A stretch of DNA of 64,000 bases from Candidatus Moanibacter sp. (GTDB taxonomy: Bacteria > Verrucomicrobiota > Verrucomicrobiia > Opitutales > UBA2987), in assembly GCA_965226025.1 (NCBI GenBank), contig CBDDCD010000003.1, forward strand, positions 1,382,077-1,446,076, read 5' to 3'. This document shows, piece after piece, positions 59,782-64,000 of this stretch. The notes below the pieces were generated by a model. That model was not told where the DNA came from and made no database searches. It was given only the letters and a program-made list of their open reading frames with translations. The position numbers and the translations under genes are program-made. Positions within the stretch are counted from its first letter, which is position 1. Every line of letters begins with the position of its first letter.

Positions 59782-59850
59782 CTATGAGGCTGTCGGACGA
59801 ACTTTCGTACTTGCAGAGCAATCGAAGCACAAAGTCCGAAAGCCTCCTAG
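59782..59850. repeat. MITE-like inverted-repeat element, same family as 49286-49581
   Basis: Reverse complement CTAGGAGGCTTTCGGACTTTGTGCTTCGATTGCTCTGCAAG...GTCCGACAGCCTCATAG. Confidence 0.65.
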
Positions 59851-60061
59851 CCTCAGATTTAGGGAATTATGAGGTAGACCGACCCGGAGCGATAACGAGA
59901 TGATAGGTGGGCCGTGCCCTCCGGGCGCGGCATCAGCTCCGAAACACCGAGCGAGCCACTTCCGCGTTCGGAGGTTCCGGGTCCGGAGGACGCGGACCAC
60001 CTTTTGTTGAATGTTCGAGCGACGAAGATGGGAAAGTCTACTTGCCCTGAGCCTAGCAGAC

Positions 60062-61510
60062 TCAATCCTCTGGGAACCGATTCTCGACTGGGCCTTCCCA
60101 AACGTCGCCGGATGCGACTGCGGCTGCGAACTCGCGGTTGCCCGTTACGGTGTGAATGATGTCGAGGTCTCTGCGGCGCGTGGCCTCGAGCGCTGCGATC
60201 CGTTTGGGTTCCCAGCCACTCCGCAGCTCGGCGAGGAGCGAATCCCGTAGTGGTTTCAGTTCCGGGGCTTCGCCCAGGTCGTGGAGCTCGTCCGGGTCGT
60301 CATCGAGATTGAAAAGTTGCACCCGTTCGTAGCCGTGATGGCAAGACATCTTCCACGGACCCCGACGAAACATCCTTGCGATCGGGTCCTCCCACTCGCC
60401 GGCACGATCGGCGAGCACCGTGTCGGACCAGTTCACCGAATCGGCAGGGGTGCCTTCGAGGAAAGGTTTGAGGCTGTTGCCGCGCTGTAGATTCAACGGA
60501 GGCGCTAGAGCGATCTCGATCAGAGTCGGGGCGATGTCGATCAGGCTGCAGGGCCGGTTCACGGTGATTCCTTGGGCATATCGCTCCGGCCAACTGACGA
60601 TCAGAGGGACGCCGAGCGACCCTTCGTAGAAACTCGATTTCCACCACGTCCTGTGTTCGCCCGCCATGTCCCCGTGATCGGAAGTGTAGATGATGATGGT
60701 GTTCTCGGTCATCCCCACAGCCGACAGCGCATCCGTAATCCGTCCGATGCATCGATCCAGGAAGGTTACCAGTCCGAAGTAGGCGGCTCGGCTGGTGCGT
60801 AGATTGTCCTCGGTCGCGTCATCTACGCCGCGGCGGTCGCGCCAGTCGCGCATGGCGGGGTGTAGAGATTCCAAATAGCCGGACGGGAGAATTGGTAGGG
60901 AGACGTGGTGGCGGTAGTATTCGAATAGATCTCTCGGGCAGATGAACGGGCAGTGCGGCTGGTAGAGCCCGACGGTGAGGAGCAGAGGACGATCGTCATT
61001 GCGATCATGCAGGTACTCGACGCAGCGATCGGTAACCGCCTCATCGTAGGAAAGATATCCGGTGCGGCCGGCGCCGGCATGCTGGAGTGAGTAAAGATAC
61101 TGGCCCTGCGCTCGCCTGATGGGTTCAGGAACGAGGTTGCTGTTGACATCTCCGATGAGGCGTTGCTCGAAGCCGTGCCGTTGATCCGGCCCGTTGAAGT
61201 GCATGCGCCCGCAGAGCGTTGTTTCGTATCCAGCGGCGGCAAGGTGATGGGCGAAGGTCGGCACGTCGCTGCTGAGTGAACACGAATTCGTCCAAACATC
61301 GATGTCACTTGAATAACGCCCGGTCAGGAAACTCATGCGTGACGGGCCGCAGAGGGGGTGGTTGCAGTAGGCCTGGGAAAAGCGAACGCCCTCTCTGGCG
61401 AGGGCGTCCAGGACCGGGGTTTTCACCGATTCGTCCCCGGCGCATCCCATGATGTGGGGATTGTGCTGATCGGACATGATTAGCAGAATGTTCGGGCGAG
61501 TATCAGGCAT
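60062..61510 (-). CDS. Formylglycine-dependent sulfatase (choline-sulfatase-like)
   Basis: PNILLIMSDQH, CGPSR.SFLTG, GRMH and TSDHGDM. Confidence 0.92.
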   Translation of the reverse strand: MPDTRPNILLIMSDQHNPHIMGCAGDESVKTPVLDALAREGVRFSQAYCNHPLCGPSRMSFLTGRYSSDIDVWTNSCSLSSDVPTFAHHLAAAGYETTLCGRMHFNGPDQRHGFEQRLIGDVNSNLVPEPIRRAQGQYLYSLQHAGAGRTGYLSYDEAVTDRCVEYLHDRNDDRPLLLTVGLYQPHCPFICPRDLFEYYRHHVSLPILPSGYLESLHPAMRDWRDRRGVDDATEDNLRTSRAAYFGLVTFLDRCIGRITDALSAVGMTENTIIIYTSDHGDMAGEHRTWWKSSFYEGSLGVPLIVSWPERYAQGITVNRPCSLIDIAPTLIEIALAPPLNLQRGNSLKPFLEGTPADSVNWSDTVLADRAGEWEDPIARMFRRGPWKMSCHHGYERVQLFNLDDDPDELHDLGEAPELKPLRDSLLAELRSGWEPKRIAALEATRRRDLDIIHTVTGNREFAAAVASGDVWEGPVENRFPED

Positions 61511-61998
61511 CTTGGTGCGGTGAACAAGAGCGCGTCTAATCAAGGAAAGGATGCCGGACGGGTGCGGGCACACAAGCACGGAGATTAAACCGCGGAGGAC
61601 GCTGAGAACCTGGAGCAGCTAAGCCTTAACCAAAGTAAGCGAGGGGGAGATTGAGTCTTCATCGTAAGCTCTGTCGCCTTTTCGAAGATCACCATTGGGA
61701 GTCGCGGAGAGGAAAAAACAATCCCGCTAAGCGGGAAAAAGACTGCAACGAATGGGGAGGGGAGGGATGCCCAACGCATCCGAGAAGGCAACGGATGGGG
61801 AATATCCAACGCCGAAGGCTCAAGTCTGAATGATCAAGTGACGAGCCCGCGCATTTCCGAAGGTCCTTGAGAATCGTGCTAGAGTTCTTGAGATACCTTG
61901 ATCCCTATCCGTTGTTTTCTTAATCCGTTGGGAGTCAGCCAATTTATCTGCACGACTACAACCGAGACCGGGATGTGCGGGCAACAAGGAGATCACCT

Positions 61999-62940
61999 AT
62001 GAGTAACAAAGAACGTGTAGCCTATTTCAATGGAGAGATTGTACCGGAAAGCGAGGTGCTGATTCCGTTTCGGGATCGAAGTTTCAAGTATGGAGATGGA
62101 GTATTCGATGCGGCGCGGACGTTTGGAGGGCGGATTTTCAAATTGCGTGAACACGTGGAGCGGCTCTTCGATTCCCTGAAATACGTCGGAATCGATCCGG
62201 AACTCTCACCCGAGGAAATTATCCGGCTGTCGGAAGAGGTCTCGGAGCGCAATCTCCCTCTACTGAAGCCCAATTCCGACCACTGGGTTTCTCAACGTAT
62301 CTCGCGAGGCGTGAATATTCCTGAGGGCGACATTCAGGAATGCACTGAACCCAATGTAATCATCGAGTGTACACCGCTGCCGTTAAAAGCCCGAGCGCCG
62401 CTCTATCGAGATGGGATTGAGGTCTTTTTCCCGTCGATCCGGCGGACACCTCCGGACTGCCTCAGCCCCAACGTCAAGGTCCACCAGTATTTGAACCTGA
62501 TTGTGGCGGACCTTGAGGTGCGCAGCCACAGTCCCGAGGCTTGGGCGATTCTCCTGGATACGCGCGGCTTTCTGGCCGAGGGTATGGGGAGCAACCTGTT
62601 TCTGGTGAAGGAAGAGGTTATTTACACGCCGAAGGCGGAATATGTTCTGGAAGGAGTAAGTCGCCAGACGGTGATCGAATTGGCCGGGAAGCTGGACATT
62701 GAGGTCGTGGAGCACGATCTCACACCGTCGGACGCGTTCCGGGCGGATGAGGCTTTCATTACCTCGACCAGTTTCTGCATCTGTCCCGTGCGATGGTTCA
62801 ACAAGAAATCGGTCCCGCACGAAAACGTCACCGGTCCCGTGACAGAGAGGTTGACGGATGCGTTTTCCAAGCTGGTCGAGTATGATTTCGTGGGCCAGTA
62901 TATGGCGTATCTGAAAGAAAGCGGAAACAACGCGAAATAG
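61999..62940 (+). CDS. PLP-dependent aminotransferase class IV
   Basis: YGDGVFD, EGMGSNLF, LEGVSRQTV and ADEAFITST. Confidence 0.92.
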   Translation: MSNKERVAYFNGEIVPESEVLIPFRDRSFKYGDGVFDAARTFGGRIFKLREHVERLFDSLKYVGIDPELSPEEIIRLSEEVSERNLPLLKPNSDHWVSQRISRGVNIPEGDIQECTEPNVIIECTPLPLKARAPLYRDGIEVFFPSIRRTPPDCLSPNVKVHQYLNLIVADLEVRSHSPEAWAILLDTRGFLAEGMGSNLFLVKEEVIYTPKAEYVLEGVSRQTVIELAGKLDIEVVEHDLTPSDAFRADEAFITSTSFCICPVRWFNKKSVPHENVTGPVTERLTDAFSKLVEYDFVGQYMAYLKESGNNAK

Positions 62941-62990
62941 CCGACACGGGAAGCAATACGATTCTTTGCTGAGAGAGAAAGGGACGGAAA

Positions 62991-64000
62991 ATGGCAGGGC
63001 TGGATATCGGTTCAACGAAGCAACTGTTCGTGGACTACTTCATCATCGAAAGCTTGAAATTCGCCAAGCAGGGGATGAATCCCGCCGTAAAGGTGGACCA
63101 CAATCCGATAATCCGACCCGAACGGCCATGGGAGGGAAATAACGTCAGGTTGGACTATGTGTGCTTCGACGAGAACGAGCGGGTTTTCAAGATGTGGTAC
63201 ACCGCCTCTACCAGCAAGACCCATCCCGATAGAATCCCGGGCGGCGCCAGCGGCCTGGTCATGATCGGGGAAGACGACCCGGGAATATCGTGCTTGGCTA
63301 TATCGGAGGACGGCGTCAACTGGAAGCGACCGGAATTGGGACAGGTGGAGTACGAGGGCTCCAGGAAAAACAACATCATTCCCACCAGGGAGGGCATGCC
63401 TTCCTCGCCGACTTTCCAGGATCTGCACGAGGAAGACCCCGCCAAACGTTGCAAAGCGCTGAGCAGTGGAGGATCCACAAAAGTCCCAATGAAGATCAGC
63501 TTGTTCTATTCACCGGATGGCTTCGAGTGGACACCCTATGAGAGTAATCCTGTTATCGATTCCACCCCGAGAATCGGCCGCTGGGGACCGACCTATCACA
63601 TGGGATGGGACTCGATACGGGAGACCTATGCCGCCTATGTAGAAAACAGCCACCACATGCGAGGGCCGTTCGGCAAACGATTAATAGGACGGGCCGAGAG
63701 CCCCGATATGATTCACTGGGAAGAGGCCGAGACGATACTCATTCCCGACGAAGAGGATTTTCCTGATACCGAGTTCTACAATATGCCCGTGATGGTCTAC
63801 GAAGGGATCTATGTCGGCATGCTTTGGATCTTTCGGACCACCAACGTGACTCATCACCCCGAGATCGTTTTCAGCCGAGACGGCTACCGCTTCAGTCGAA
63901 CCTATCGGGAGCCTTTTATTTCCCGAGGAGGAGCGATGGCGGATTTCGACTCCGTGTCGGTCTACGCCCACAGTCAGATTGTCGTTGGCGACAGCATACT
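62991..64000 (+). CDS. Beta-propeller glycoside-hydrolase-like protein, 5' part (runs off window)
   Basis: Manual translation MAGLDIGSTKQLFVD...NPIIRPERPWEG...FKMWY...AISEDGVNWKRP; repeated SxDGxxW; absent from the ORF track. Confidence 0.72.
   Translation, partial: MAGLDIGSTKQLFVDYFIIESLKFAKQGMNPAVKVDHNPIIRPERPWEGNNVRLDYVCFDENERVFKMWYTASTSKTHPDRIPGGASGLVMIGEDDPGISCLAISEDGVNWKRPELGQVEYEGSRKNNIIPTREGMPSSPTFQDLHEEDPAKRCKALSSGGSTKVPMKISLFYSPDGFEWTPYESNPVIDSTPRIGRWGPTYHMGWDSIRETYAAYVENSHHMRGPFGKRLIGRAESPDMIHWEEAETILIPDEEDFPDTEFYNMPVMVYEGIYVGMLWIFRTTNVTHHPEIVFSRDGYRFSRTYREPFISRGGAMADFDSVSVYAHSQIVVGDSI

Overview
Bacterial genomic window with no rRNA, tRNA or CRISPR recognised. The flanks hold transport and catabolic genes: a TolC-MFP-RND efflux operon plus a second RND, an AAC(6')-like acetyltransferase, TPP enzymes, PhyH dioxygenases, a GMC oxidoreductase, an ABC importer, a GGT and a sulfatase. 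The centre (about 24.06-42.66 kb) is an integron with a ruined intI and 16 whole or partial attC sites. For nearly every cassette the 5' core GTT-site is the reverse complement of the R'' of its own attC. The array is parasitised by several elements inserted at attC sites. The most striking structure is nested. A group II intron sits in the top-strand R' core of attC14, in the cassette orientation. Its RT gene is split exactly at the PQGG-IL-SP motif by a 2224-bp large-serine-recombinase element with palindromic ends and no target duplication, and the recombinase ORF has no stop codon inside the element. Also present: IS91-like (tyrosine recombinase + Y2 transposase) elements and a 285-bp gene-less relative inserted after the attC AACAA, two copies of an IS5/ISNCY-like IS, a 38-bp palindromic derivative of its right end at two rearrangement junctions, IS630, an IS1634 remnant, MITEs and GTAG-type REP pairs. 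All family calls are from motif recognition by eye; no database searches were run.
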